This document shows positions 11,218 through 20,891 of a stretch of DNA of 64,000 nt, piece after piece. The stretch spans positions 121,333-185,332 of the forward strand of contig OZ253950.1 of the NCBI GenBank assembly GCA_965267275.1, in the 5' to 3' direction. How positions within the stretch are numbered: position 1 is the stretch's first letter; each line of letters begins with the position of its first letter. Source of the DNA: Pseudomonadales bacterium (GTDB lineage Bacteria > Pseudomonadota > Gammaproteobacteria > Pseudomonadales > Azotimanducaceae). The position numbers and the translations under genes were made by a program. Below the pieces are notes generated by a model. The model ran no database searches. It saw only the letters and a list, made by a program, of their open reading frames with translations, and had not been told where the DNA came from.

Positions 11218-12933
11218 GTGGCTGGCCGCATACCACAATCTTTCATCAACGATCTTTTGTCTCGTGTCGACATCGTCGACGTGATCGACAGCCGCATGAC
11301 GTTGAAGAAAACGGGCAAGAATTACTCCGGCCTCTGTCCGTTTCACGATGAGAAAACACCTTCTTTTTCGGTCAGCCCCGACAAACAGTTTTATCACTGC
11401 TTTGGTTGTCAGGAGAGCGGTACGGCGCTGACGTTCATCATGAACTTCGAGCGGGTCGAGTTCGTCGAGGCGGTCGAGATCCTGGCCGCGAGCATGGGTC
11501 TCGAGGTGCCGCGCGAACGGAGCCATCGTGCTCAGCCCAAAGTCGATCTCGACCTCTACGACATTCTCAATCGTGCCGAGCGTTTCTATCGGAGCTCGCT
11601 CAGGCATTCGGAGACGGCCATTGCGTATCTGAAGCAGCGTGGTCTCACGGGCGAGGTGGCCCGGGATTTCGGCATTGGTTACGCGCCGCCCGGGTGGCAG
11701 AACCTGGCCGATGCGCTCAAAGGCGTCTCCACGGCCAAGCTCATTGCCGCCGGGCTCATGATCGAGAACGAAAAAGGCCGTACCTATGACCGCTTCCGCG
11801 ACCGCATCATGTTCCCGATACGCGACTCCCGTGGACGCGTCATCGGCTTCGGCGGCCGGACACTTGCGAGCGATGACGGTCCCAAGTATCTGAACTCTCC
11901 GGAAACAGAGGTGTTCCACAAAGGCGCGGAGCTCTACGGCCTTTACGAGGCGCGCCGCGCGCTCAGGCGCATCGAGCGGCTGATTGTCGTCGAAGGTTAT
12001 ATGGATGTCGTGGCGCTCGCTCAGCATGGGGTTGCCAATGCCGTCGCGACGCTCGGCACGGCGAGCGGCGAAGGCCACTTCCATAAGCTCTACCGCTATG
12101 CGGACGAAGTGATCTGCTGTTTCGACGGCGACAGCGCCGGGCGTCAGGCGGCCTGGAAAGCGCTGGAAAACGCGTTGCCGACGCTGAACGAGCATCGCCA
12201 GCTGAAGCTCGTCTTTCTGCCGGATGGGGAGGATCCTGATTCACTCATCCGCAAGCAGGGCAAAAGCGGCTTTGAGACGTTTGTGGCGAACGCGACGCCG
12301 GGGCTCGAGTTTCTCTTTCAAAGGCTCTCCCAGGGGCTCGATCTGGACAGCGTCGACGGTCGCGCGCGGCTGGCCGGCCTCATCTCGCCCTATGTAGAAA
12401 AAGTGCCGGAAGGCGTGCTGAAAACGCTGTTGCAGCAGAAAGTGGCCGATGTCACCGGTCTCGGGCGCCGCGGTGGCGCCGCCCCCGTGCGCACAGCGCC
12501 GCGAGTGCAGCAGGCATCGGGGGCGGGCAGGCTGAGCGAGCGTTTGCTGACGCTCATCGTCAAAAAGCCGGAGCTGTGGGCCAGTGTTGCCGATGACCTG
12601 CGCGCCAATCTGCTTGCGAATGCGGAGCAGTTGGGGGTGCTCGGCGACGTGCTCGGTTTTCTCGACCAACATCCGCAGGCCGATATCGAGGAAATGTTGA
12701 TCCACTGGGGTGATGATCCCCGCCGCGAACAGTTGCTCGGCGCTGCGCACAAAGTGCTGGAAATCGATGCGGACGCGCTCGCGGCCGAGTTCATGGATGG
12801 CGTCGGGCGGCTTGGCGAAATGCTGCAGTCCGCCGAGCGCCGACGGGCGCTGCAACAGCTCAAAGAAGCGCCAAATGTCGACGATTTACGCAAATATTGG
12901 CAGCAGCATGGTCTCGGGAAGGACTATTCTTAA
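11218..12933 (+). CDS. dnaG: DNA primase
   Basis: CHC2 zinc finger CPFHDEKTPSF..CFGC, KYLNSPET, TOPRIM VEGYMDV and CFDGDSAG; GTG start. Confidence 0.97.
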   Translation: MAGRIPQSFINDLLSRVDIVDVIDSRMTLKKTGKNYSGLCPFHDEKTPSFSVSPDKQFYHCFGCQESGTALTFIMNFERVEFVEAVEILAASMGLEVPRERSHRAQPKVDLDLYDILNRAERFYRSSLRHSETAIAYLKQRGLTGEVARDFGIGYAPPGWQNLADALKGVSTAKLIAAGLMIENEKGRTYDRFRDRIMFPIRDSRGRVIGFGGRTLASDDGPKYLNSPETEVFHKGAELYGLYEARRALRRIERLIVVEGYMDVVALAQHGVANAVATLGTASGEGHFHKLYRYADEVICCFDGDSAGRQAAWKALENALPTLNEHRQLKLVFLPDGEDPDSLIRKQGKSGFETFVANATPGLEFLFQRLSQGLDLDSVDGRARLAGLISPYVEKVPEGVLKTLLQQKVADVTGLGRRGGAAPVRTAPRVQQASGAGRLSERLLTLIVKKPELWASVADDLRANLLANAEQLGVLGDVLGFLDQHPQADIEEMLIHWGDDPRREQLLGAAHKVLEIDADALAAEFMDGVGRLGEMLQSAERRRALQQLKEAPNVDDLRKYWQQHGLGKDYS

Positions 12934-12944
12934 CTCTGCAGTGG

Positions 12945-12972
12945 CTTGAAGAGCGCTGGATCATCCCCATAT
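12945..12972 (+). promoter_or_regulatory. Sigma32 (RpoH) heat-shock promoter for rpoD
   Basis: CTTGAA (12945-12950), 14-nt spacer, CCCCATAT (12965-12972), matching the RpoH consensus; TATAAT also at 12980-12985. Confidence 0.8.
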
Positions 12973-13223
12973 AGGTCGCTATAATGGCGCGTTTGCCTCC
13001 GGGGGAATGACCTGGATCTCAACAGGTAATGCATGTGTTGCAAATAGATAAGAGGCAAAGTCAAAAAAACTGACTGAATGTCAGTGAACCAAAGCCGCCC
13101 GGATACGTTCTTACGTGTATGAGGCCAATTAAGGGTCAGGCATAGAAGTATCGGGATGAAACACGCTTCGCGCGCCGGCACGCACGCGAGGCCGAAAAGT
13201 CATCACATCCGACTCGAGGTACC

Positions 13224-15065
13224 ATGAGCAATCAAATCTCGACAGCACAGCAGCAATCGCGACTCAAGGAACTCATTGCCAAGGGCAAAGAACAGGGTTT
13301 CTTGACCTATGGCGAGGTGAACGATCACCTGCCGGACGACATTTCCGACCCGGAGCAGATCGAAGACATCATCCGCATGATCAACGATATGGGCATCACG
13401 GTCTACGAGACCGCGCCCGATGCGGATGAGCTGCTTTCCAATGAAGAAAACACCGCCGACGAGCTGGCCGCCGAAGAAGCGGCAGCGGCACTGGCCGCGG
13501 TGGAAACCGAAGCGGGGCGCACGACCGACCCCGTGCGCATGTACATGCGCGAGATGGGCACGGTGGAGCTCCTCACCCGCGAAGGTGAAATCGCGATCGC
13601 CAAGCGCATCGAAGAAGGTATACGTGACATGTTGACGGCATTGGCGGGTTATCCCGGCACGGTCGAATACATCCTGGAAACGTATGCCGAGGTCACCAAA
13701 GAGGACAAACTCGCTGATCTCCTGGTCGGATATCTCGATCCCACGGATCACGTGCCTGCGGCGACGCAGGTCAACGCCGACGGACCGAAACAGGCGTCCG
13801 ACGATGACGACGAAGAGGAAGAGAATAAGGGCCCGGATCCGGAAGAAGCGAAGAAGCGGTTCAGCGCGCTGAAGCGCCAGTACAACAAGACGCAGAAAAT
13901 TCTGGCCGAGCACGATCGCAGCAGCGAACAGGCGCAGGCGCAGCTCGCCAAGCTCGGCGAAGCCTTCTGCTGCTTCAAGCTGGTGCCCAAGCATTTCGAC
14001 GAAATTGTCGACATGGCGCGGGACGGCCTGGACGCCGTGCGCCGCCACGAGCGCAGCATCATGACTTCCGCAGTGCGTCATGGCCGGGTGCCGCGCGATG
14101 TGTTCCGCAAGGAATACATGGGCAACGAAATCAGCGTGACCTGGATCAACAAGCTGGTCAAAGCCGATAAAGATTTCTCAGCACCGCTGGAAGCGCAGCG
14201 CGAGGACATCCTGCGCGCGCAGAAGAAACTCAAGGCGCTGACCAAGCAGACGGGCTTGACGGTAACCGAGATCAAAGACATCAACCGTCGCATGTCGCTG
14301 GGCGAAGCCAAAGCGCGTCGCGCCAAGAAAGACATGGTCGAGGCGAACCTGCGCCTGGTGATCTCGATTGCCAAGAAGTACACCAATCGCGGCCTGCAGT
14401 TCCTCGATCTCATTCAGGAAGGCAACATCGGCCTGATGAAAGCGGTCGACAAGTTCGAATACCGTCGCGGTTACAAGTTCTCGACCTACGCAACCTGGTG
14501 GATACGCCAGGCCATCACGCGCTCCATCGCAGACCAGGCGCGCACCATCCGCATCCCGGTGCACATGATTGAGACCATCAACAAGCTCAATCGCGTGTCC
14601 CGCCAGATGCTGCAGGAGATGGGCCGCGAGCCGACGCCGGAAGAGCTGGGCGAGCGTATGGAAATGCCGGAGGACAAAGTCCGCCGTGTCCTGAAGATCG
14701 CTAAAGAGCCGATCTCCATGGAAACGCCCATCGGCGACGACGAAGATTCGCACCTGGGTGACTTCATCGAGGACACCACCATCGGTTCGCCGATCGAGCT
14801 CGCTACCGGTGAGGGTTTGAAAGAAGCCACCCGCGACGTGCTCGGTGGTCTCACCGCGCGCGAAGCCAAGGTGCTGCGCATGCGTTTCGGCATCGATATG
14901 AACACCGACCACACGCTGGAAGAGGTGGGCAAGCAATTCGATGTCACCCGCGAGCGGATCCGCCAGATCGAAGCCAAGGCGCTCCGAAAGTTGCGGCATC
15001 CGAGCCGTTCGGAGCATCTGCGAAGCTTCCTCGACGAGTGGATGGAGAGTCTCGGGCGCAGCTAG
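13224..15065 (+). CDS. rpoD: RNA polymerase sigma factor RpoD
   Basis: [69 protein letters not shown]. Confidence 0.99.
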   Translation: MSNQISTAQQQSRLKELIAKGKEQGFLTYGEVNDHLPDDISDPEQIEDIIRMINDMGITVYETAPDADELLSNEENTADELAAEEAAAALAAVETEAGRTTDPVRMYMREMGTVELLTREGEIAIAKRIEEGIRDMLTALAGYPGTVEYILETYAEVTKEDKLADLLVGYLDPTDHVPAATQVNADGPKQASDDDDEEEENKGPDPEEAKKRFSALKRQYNKTQKILAEHDRSSEQAQAQLAKLGEAFCCFKLVPKHFDEIVDMARDGLDAVRRHERSIMTSAVRHGRVPRDVFRKEYMGNEISVTWINKLVKADKDFSAPLEAQREDILRAQKKLKALTKQTGLTVTEIKDINRRMSLGEAKARRAKKDMVEANLRLVISIAKKYTNRGLQFLDLIQEGNIGLMKAVDKFEYRRGYKFSTYATWWIRQAITRSIADQARTIRIPVHMIETINKLNRVSRQMLQEMGREPTPEELGERMEMPEDKVRRVLKIAKEPISMETPIGDDEDSHLGDFIEDTTIGSPIELATGEGLKEATRDVLGGLTAREAKVLRMRFGIDMNTDHTLEEVGKQFDVTRERIRQIEAKALRKLRHPSRSEHLRSFLDEWMESLGRS

Positions 15066-15085
15066 ACGTGCTGCATCGCAAAAGC

Positions 15086-15118
15086 AAAAACCCCGGGCAA
15101 GTCCCGGGGTTTTTGTTT
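15086..15118 (+). terminator. Intrinsic terminator after rpoD (possibly bidirectional)
   Basis: AAAAACCCCGGG-CAAGT-CCCGGGGTTTTT perfect stem with T-run. Confidence 0.88.
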
Positions 15119-15128
15119 GCGCTGCCAG

Positions 15129-15147
15129 TGCTAAAATGCGCGTCCCC
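15129..15147 (+). promoter_or_regulatory. Candidate extended -10 promoter for the tRNA
   Basis: TGcTAAAAT (15129-15137) followed by a GC-rich discriminator GCGCGTCCCC. Confidence 0.5.
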
Positions 15148-15169
15148 CGCGGCCACGATCCGCGTACAT

Positions 15170-15246
15170 GGGCCTATAGCTCAGTTGGTTAGAGCAGTGG
15201 ACTCATAATCCATTGGTCCCAGGTTCGAGTCCTGGTGGGCCCACCA
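15170..15246 (+). tRNA. tRNA with CAT anticodon, most likely tRNA-Ile2 (lysidine); integration target
   Basis: GGGCCTA/TGGGCCC acceptor stem, AGCTCAGTTGGTTAGAGC D arm, GTGGA-CTCATAA-TCCAT anticodon arm, CCAGG-TTCGAGT-CCTGG T arm, encoded CCA. Position after rpoD is typical of Ile2 (knowledge). Confidence 0.95.
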
Positions 15247-16759
15247 TACCAACATTGCCACCGCCAAAGTGCTCTAAGAGCTTGAAAGGTAAGGTGGTTT
15301 CGGCGGTTCTATATCCCTCGTTTCGCACATAGGTCGGACGTTCCCTAAAAGTGAGTTTTAGCACCGCTCTCTTGTCTTCAATGTGCTTAGAACTCCATAA
15401 AAAACAAGGATTTGCCAAAAAGGCACAGGCGGTTCTATAAAGTTCATCAAAGTGCCTTAAAGGTCTGCCCAGCTTCCCTATAGTTTCCTGTGTTTCCAGT
15501 TTCTGTCTTTCCATCTCTTTGATCTGCTCTTCATAAGCGTTTATCAAAGACGGTGAATCTGTATTAACAACCCGACTCACGAGCTGCGATGTTTTGCGCT
15601 CAAGTGTTGCCAGTTGCGCGCGGAGTTTTTCGCGTCTTGAGTTTTGAAATGCGAGCTGGTGTTCCCACTGATCGCGGAACATCGCGAGCGCAAGTTTAAG
15701 TAGACCGGGCGAAGGCTTGTAAGACGCTAGAAGCTCGCCAAACTCTCCTTCGATTTGATCGCGACGAATGGACTTACCGTAGTCGTCGCACTTGCGGTTC
15801 TGGCAAACGTAGTAGGGGTAGTGTTTATTGCGTCCCTTCGTCCAGGAGGCGGTATAAGGCGATCCGCATCCACATTGAACGAAACCTCTCAAAGGGAAAT
15901 CGATATCTAAGTTTTTGCGCGCCGGTGCATGCGCTGTTTCATTCAGACGCTCCTGAACTTTTCGGTAGGTCGCAATTTCAATTAGACCTTCATGGTGCCC
16001 CTGACGAGCACTTACGTCCCATCCGTCTTGGGTAGCCTCCACAATGCCCGCATAGAGCGAGCGCCCCAAAATGTCCGCGACTTGTTGACGCCGGACTTCT
16101 CCGTGTTTGTTCCTTGGGAACTCCGGATGCTTCTCAAAAAAGCGGCCAACTTCTGCCTGAGTCTGAAATCGGCCTGAAGCAAAACCTTCCAAGCCCTCGC
16201 GCACGATGCTGGCAAGTGGCTCATCTTGAAGCAATATTTTGCCTCGGCCCTTTACCCGCTTATAACGATAGCCGACTGGCGCTCTAAATACCCAATATCC
16301 GTTCATAAGCCGAGCGCGCATGCGGTTGCGGACTTGTTCGCCGTTTAAAAGGCGTTGATGCTCGCTCACTGTGGCGAGTACCCGCTCAACAAGTATGGAA
16401 TGAGAATCCTCTCCGAATTCAACAGAGGGCGATTCCAAGACCCCTCCAGCTTCAGCGATAGCCGACCTCAATGCTAGATGCGCCTCAAGGCCTCTAGCCA
16501 GGCGGGAGATGTCATCAATAATGCAAACCGTCGCGGCTGGTTTTCTTCTTCGCATGAATTTAAGCATCGCTTGCATGCCGGGCCGATCGATCAATCCACC
16601 GGAAAGATCATCTTTGAAAATCTCAATGACGTTCATGCCGCGGTAGCTCGCATATTCACGGCAACGCGTCTCTTGCGAGCCGAGACCATCACCTTTAACG
16701 GTTTGCTTGGTTGAAGATACGCGGCAATAGATAACAGCTTGGTTCGGTTCTTCGCTCAT
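15203..16759 (-). CDS. Large serine recombinase (integrase); C-terminal 14 aa encoded antisense to the tRNA
   Basis: AVIYCRVSS catalytic motif, DDISRLAR, recombinase domain (APVGY), zinc ribbon LRGFVQCGCG...YYVCQNRKC, coiled coil. Confidence 0.93.
   Translation of the reverse strand: MSEEPNQAVIYCRVSSTKQTVKGDGLGSQETRCREYASYRGMNVIEIFKDDLSGGLIDRPGMQAMLKFMRRRKPAATVCIIDDISRLARGLEAHLALRSAIAEAGGVLESPSVEFGEDSHSILVERVLATVSEHQRLLNGEQVRNRMRARLMNGYWVFRAPVGYRYKRVKGRGKILLQDEPLASIVREGLEGFASGRFQTQAEVGRFFEKHPEFPRNKHGEVRRQQVADILGRSLYAGIVEATQDGWDVSARQGHHEGLIEIATYRKVQERLNETAHAPARKNLDIDFPLRGFVQCGCGSPYTASWTKGRNKHYPYYVCQNRKCDDYGKSIRRDQIEGEFGELLASYKPSPGLLKLALAMFRDQWEHQLAFQNSRREKLRAQLATLERKTSQLVSRVVNTDSPSLINAYEEQIKEMERQKLETQETIGKLGRPLRHFDELYRTACAFLANPCFLWSSKHIEDKRAVLKLTFRERPTYVRNEGYRTAETTLPFKLLEHFGGGNVGMVGPPGLEPGTNGL
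15241..15247 (+). repeat. attL core (CCACCAT)
   Basis: Overlaps the tRNA CCA end; identical 7-mer at 36357-36363. Confidence 0.75.
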
Positions 16760-17055
16760 TCTTGATCACCTTCGATTTGGTCCAGCGCGCGTTGCGCGCT
16801 CTCTTGGAATTCAGCGTCCAGCTGCTTCAGCTGGCTTTGTATATGCTCGGTAAAAATCTGAACCGAATCCAATCCAAATCCGATATCGACAAATACTCGC
16901 ATCATGTTCCAGAGTGTTTCTAAGAACTCTTGCGCCTGATCTTCAGGTATTTGCATTTCATCGAGATAGGTTTGGTAGCGCTTTGGATTGAGGCGCAAAG
17001 GTTCGGCTCGTTCAATCTGACATTCATCAATTATTTCTTGTACACCCTCTGTCAT
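16756..17055 (-). CDS. Hypothetical protein coupled to the integrase start (candidate directionality factor)
   Basis: ATG at 17055 preceded by AAAGGA; stop overlaps the integrase ATG by 4 nt; 99 aa. Confidence 0.7.
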   Translation of the reverse strand: MTEGVQEIIDECQIERAEPLRLNPKRYQTYLDEMQIPEDQAQEFLETLWNMMRVFVDIGFGLDSVQIFTEHIQSQLKQLDAEFQESAQRALDQIEGDQE

Positions 17056-17191
17056 TTGGTGCCGTCCTTTCTTAAAGTTTTTGGGCTTGCGTTCGTCTCC
17101 TTGTTGAATAGAACAAAAGAAGAACACTTATCAGTTTTGCTGGCGGTTGCGCAAGCAAAAAATGGAGCACGGATTCACTTTTTAGTGGAAA

Positions 17192-17476
17192 TTAACGACC
17201 TTGCTCTCTGCCACGCCGACGCTCTTGTTTCATCTTTTCGCGGTAGTCCACGATCCGATCACTTGCGCGAGCTAGAAGCCTGCTGGCGCGTAAATGCTCG
17301 CCGCTGCCGGAAAGTGCGCGGGTGGTTTTAAGCTGGCCTTGCTCATCTTCATAGATTTTTTCGACGCCAGTTGAGGCGAGATAGGGACCGTGCTTTCCTT
17401 CGCGTTTCCAGAGCGCAACGCTTAAATCTGCGTCTTGGACTTTGTCAAATGGTCGCTGCCTTGGTTTGTCGCCCAT
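17192..17476 (-). CDS. Small hypothetical protein, possibly nucleic-acid binding
   Basis: ATG at 17476 with AGGAG RBS; 94 aa; beta-rich LSVALWKREG..PYL pattern and basic tail. Confidence 0.65.
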   Translation of the reverse strand: MGDKPRQRPFDKVQDADLSVALWKREGKHGPYLASTGVEKIYEDEQGQLKTTRALSGSGEHLRASRLLARASDRIVDYREKMKQERRRGREQGR

Positions 17477-17486
17477 GAGATATCTC

Positions 17487-19100
17487 CTAAAAGTTTGGCC
17501 GGTAGCCCTGGACGTAGCGCCAGGTGCCGTTTTGATATTGCGGTAAATGACAAAGAGCGCCCGGCACACGCTCTTCAACTACGGGAACAGTTTTCGAGCC
17601 AAAACGGGTTTTTATTAGCACACGATCACGCCCGTGCACTTCTGAGCCGAGATACTTTCCGGCAAGGTCCGAGCGCTCGAAATGCATTAACCAATGTCCG
17701 GGAATGCAGCCATCCACCAAACCCGAAGCAAAGGCGATCATCGCGGAAGATGGCAGGTTCAGCACTTCATCCGGCGTAAACACTGGGCGAGATTGTTTCT
17801 CGGGCAGGTCTTGCGCTTCGCGGTAATGGCGCAGGTCGGCGGCCGCCTCCAGGAAGCCGCCACTTCCGGAAAGTATTTTTTGCACAGCGTGTTGCTTTAA
17901 TCGCCGGGCATCGGACTGCACCCTTAATGGGTCGTATGCCAGCGTCATGGTCCCAGCCATCTTACTCACTAGATTGGCGGTCTCCATTGTGCGAATGCCC
18001 TTGAAAACTCGGATCGGAGTTGAGCCTAAGATTTCATTTGCGGTCTCATAACCAAACCCCGCATAGAGCTGCGATATCTCTTGCCACGAGCAGTAGCCGA
18101 TTAGTCCAGCGCCCCGTCCGAAGGTATAGAGCAGTTTCACTGAAGGGAAATTCTTCAGCTGTCCGCATTCATCAATAACGATGTGCAGATGATCACTGGA
18201 GGGATTGCGCAGTTTGTGTTGAATGACTGCGCCAAGTGTCAGACGCATCGCGGGTGCCCACACGTCCAGATATTCAATAGGCAGGACCAGATAGACCCGC
18301 ATTTTGCGGCTAGGGTTGGTTAAGTCTTGCAGTGAGAAGTCATCGCCGGAAAGTGCTTCGGCAATGCGATCATCCTGCATGAATTTGAATGTTGTGAAGA
18401 GCTGCCCCAGTGGCGCTGTAAACCCTTCACGGCCATTTTGCTGTAGCTGCATGATCTGACCGGCAAACCGGCGCACACTGTCAAAGCGTGAGCGCTCCAT
18501 ACCGTCGAGCTGCAAGCACCACTCGTCCAGATTTCCGTTGATTAGATTGATGAGTTGATAAACACCTTTCAGGCTCGCGCATCCGTTGCGCTCTGCGTCC
18601 CACAAAAGCAGCTGGGTGAGCCAGTCCTGAGCATCTTCATAAACCCAGATTGAATTACCTTTGCTCGCTGGTACCGGGCACAGATCCATAGCAGTGGCCT
18701 GTGTATCCGCAATGAGGCTGGCGCTCTTAAGACGCAACCTGCCGAGGACGTTGCAGCTGTGACTAGCGCCGCCTTGGCCGGTCGGGTTGATCACATACCT
18801 TTCAAATCCGGCACAGGCTTCAGCGAGCTCGGAGATATCCGCGAGTTCCTTGCGTGGATCAAAAATCACAGCGTTGCCGATCTGGTTTTCGATTAAGAGA
18901 TTGGCAAAAGGTCCTGCAGATTTACCGCAGCCCGCGCCACCATAGATACCGATGCTTTGATCACCAGGCGCGCGCAGTGCATAGCGCGTTGTTTCATCAA
19001 AGCCAAAACCCGCGCCTTGGCCGCCAATAATCCCGCACCTTTTGAGTGCACCCAGACTGGCGGGGCCGGCGCTGCCGAAACGATCGTTTTGATAGTCCAT
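17487..19100 (-). CDS. Type IV coupling protein (VirD4/TraG-like)
   Basis: Walker A GGAGCGKS, VIFDPRKEL, Walker B IVIDECGQL, GRGAGL..WQEISQL; start probably ATG 19100. Confidence 0.85.
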   Translation of the reverse strand: MDYQNDRFGSAGPASLGALKRCGIIGGQGAGFGFDETTRYALRAPGDQSIGIYGGAGCGKSAGPFANLLIENQIGNAVIFDPRKELADISELAEACAGFERYVINPTGQGGASHSCNVLGRLRLKSASLIADTQATAMDLCPVPASKGNSIWVYEDAQDWLTQLLLWDAERNGCASLKGVYQLINLINGNLDEWCLQLDGMERSRFDSVRRFAGQIMQLQQNGREGFTAPLGQLFTTFKFMQDDRIAEALSGDDFSLQDLTNPSRKMRVYLVLPIEYLDVWAPAMRLTLGAVIQHKLRNPSSDHLHIVIDECGQLKNFPSVKLLYTFGRGAGLIGYCSWQEISQLYAGFGYETANEILGSTPIRVFKGIRTMETANLVSKMAGTMTLAYDPLRVQSDARRLKQHAVQKILSGSGGFLEAAADLRHYREAQDLPEKQSRPVFTPDEVLNLPSSAMIAFASGLVDGCIPGHWLMHFERSDLAGKYLGSEVHGRDRVLIKTRFGSKTVPVVEERVPGALCHLPQYQNGTWRYVQGYRPNF

Positions 19101-19164
19101 AAGCGTTGTTCCAAAAAAAGCCGCGCATAAATGCGCGGCACTGGTTGGGGTATATGGGCTTGCG

Positions 19165-19284
19165 TTAGGCAAGAACCGCGATCACAAAAATGCCAATCGC
19201 GACCCAGGCGAACACGACTCCAGCGTCGCTTTTCTTTTTGTAAACACCGTAGCTGCCGCTACCCACTTTTTCGTACTTAGCCAT
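19165..19284 (-). CDS. 39-aa single-pass membrane peptide (not in the ORF track)
   Basis: AAGGAG RBS then MAKYEKVGSGSYGVYKKKSDAGVVFAWVAIGIFVIAVLA*; basic N-terminus and hydrophobic C-terminal helix. Confidence 0.65.
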   Translation of the reverse strand: MAKYEKVGSGSYGVYKKKSDAGVVFAWVAIGIFVIAVLA

Positions 19285-19303
19285 AGCTAATCTCCTTGGT
19301 TGC

Positions 19304-19606
19304 TTAGATAGCCATCATGGCAAGCCGCGAAACGATCAAAGTGACCGCCAACACGAATACCACGCGACTGAGGAAAAACACCGCTGCGCAACTGAGTGCG
19401 CCAAACCCGAACGCGCCGAGTTGTGCCAGGGCCTCATCGCCGTAGGCGTTGGCCATGTACTCGAAAGCGGGGTCATAGGTGTATTCGAATATGGGGCCGC
19501 TGCAGAGCAGGGCCGCGAAGATGGCCAGCGTCGTGGCTAGCCCGTGTAGGCTACTCTCAACACTGGCATGTCCTCGGCTTTGACCGAGGGCTCTCTTGCC
19601 AAACAT
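19304..19606 (-). CDS. Small membrane protein
   Basis: GGAG RBS before ATG 19606; hydrophobic segments LATTLAIFAALLC, LGAFGFGALSCAAVFFL, VFVLAVTLIV. Confidence 0.65.
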   Translation of the reverse strand: MFGKRALGQSRGHASVESSLHGLATTLAIFAALLCSGPIFEYTYDPAFEYMANAYGDEALAQLGAFGFGALSCAAVFFLSRVVFVLAVTLIVSRLAMMAI

Positions 19607-19679
19607 GGGATTTCTCCACAACGCTCAACTGAGCAGTGCGGAGTAGAATAACACATAAATGTGTTAACACAAATATGTG

Positions 19680-20891
19680 CTATTCGTTTTTTGGCGCGAG
19701 ACTAATAGAGAGTTCGGTTCCTGTAGCTGCAGCTACTTTTTCAAGAGTGGCGAGGGTAGGCATTGTGCGGCCGGTTTCCAGACGAGTGATGGCACCTTGT
19801 GCAGTTCCCATAGCTTCAGCCAGTTGAATCTGGCTAAGACCTGCCGCCTTTCTGGCTTCTCTGATCAAATGTCCAAGCTCCACAGCGTCGTGCGCTACAC
19901 CAAATTGTTCTTTTGCCTCCGTCACGGAAGCCTTACCTTCCTGCTCCGCGTGTGGAGCCTTGTCACCAGTTAGCGCAACATCTTTTTCTGTGTCAAATCT
20001 TTTAAGTAGTGCAACACAAACAGCGAGTTCGGCTTTTACTTGCCCAATTTCCTCAAGCACGGTTTCTTTGCGACTACTCGCGCCTAATGCCTGAGCTTCT
20101 AATGATTTGAGCTCATCACCAAAAGCGACTTTTCCAATCAAATCAGCTAAGCCCTCTCTCAACTCCTCGACATCACTTGCGCCGCTGCCCTCTGATGCCC
20201 ACGGTAGTATGGCTTCCAGAAACTCAAGATTTTTCTGCAGGTGGAAACGCTCATTGCGCAAAGCCTCAGGCAATGAGATTTGCTGAAGCGTTACGTACTC
20301 TGCGATGGAATCCAGTCTCTTAGGACCCTTATCTATCTCGAAGGAAATTCGTTCCAGAAGGTCTCGAGCAGTTTTACCTATAGCCGCTCGTTGGAGGTTT
20401 ACGAGTACTAGGTATTTGTCTTCATCGTTGAAGTCTTCGAAAGGGCTAAGATCGTAGTAGTCGTTGAAAACTTGAGCCCGCTCCGTAAGAAACTCTAGAA
20501 ACTCAGGAGTTGTTGGGTCTACGCGTTCTTGTTGTGCTACGGAATTCGGGATGTTGCCCGTTGCATCTAAAAGCTTTGCTAAGTCGTCCGAAGTTTCTGT
20601 TGCATTGCGGACATAGTCTCGTCGTCTCTTCCTGTTAACGGCCGGACGACTGGATTGACCTTCTCGTATTGCTTTACCGACCGCACTCTTTTTGATCCCT
20701 AGGCGCTCAGCCATTGCTATGGCTTCATGCAATTCCTCGTTATGACTTCCCACCCCATGACGTGCTGCCGCTGCCCTAATGGCTAGAAGCACAGCTCGTC
20801 GATTAAGTGTTTCGGCTTTCTTTTGTTGTGATTTCGCCACGCGGGCGTTCTCCGGACTCCGAGAGCTTCGATGCATATGGCCAGTCAACAT
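19680..20891 (-). CDS. Protein with C-terminal XRE/Cro-type HTH
   Basis: IREARKAAGLSQIQLAEAMGTAQGAITRLETG..PTLATLEKVA at the C-terminus; start uncertain. Confidence 0.7.
   Translation of the reverse strand: MLTGHMHRSSRSPENARVAKSQQKKAETLNRRAVLLAIRAAAARHGVGSHNEELHEAIAMAERLGIKKSAVGKAIREGQSSRPAVNRKRRRDYVRNATETSDDLAKLLDATGNIPNSVAQQERVDPTTPEFLEFLTERAQVFNDYYDLSPFEDFNDEDKYLVLVNLQRAAIGKTARDLLERISFEIDKGPKRLDSIAEYVTLQQISLPEALRNERFHLQKNLEFLEAILPWASEGSGASDVEELREGLADLIGKVAFGDELKSLEAQALGASSRKETVLEEIGQVKAELAVCVALLKRFDTEKDVALTGDKAPHAEQEGKASVTEAKEQFGVAHDAVELGHLIREARKAAGLSQIQLAEAMGTAQGAITRLETGRTMPTLATLEKVAAATGTELSISLAPKNE

Noticed and set aside
13203-15017. Long antisense ORFs opposite rpoD (likewise opposite yeaG, yeaH, ycgB, dnaG, manC)
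   Set aside because: Typical shadow ORFs of GC-rich, codon-biased genes; no motifs or RBS.
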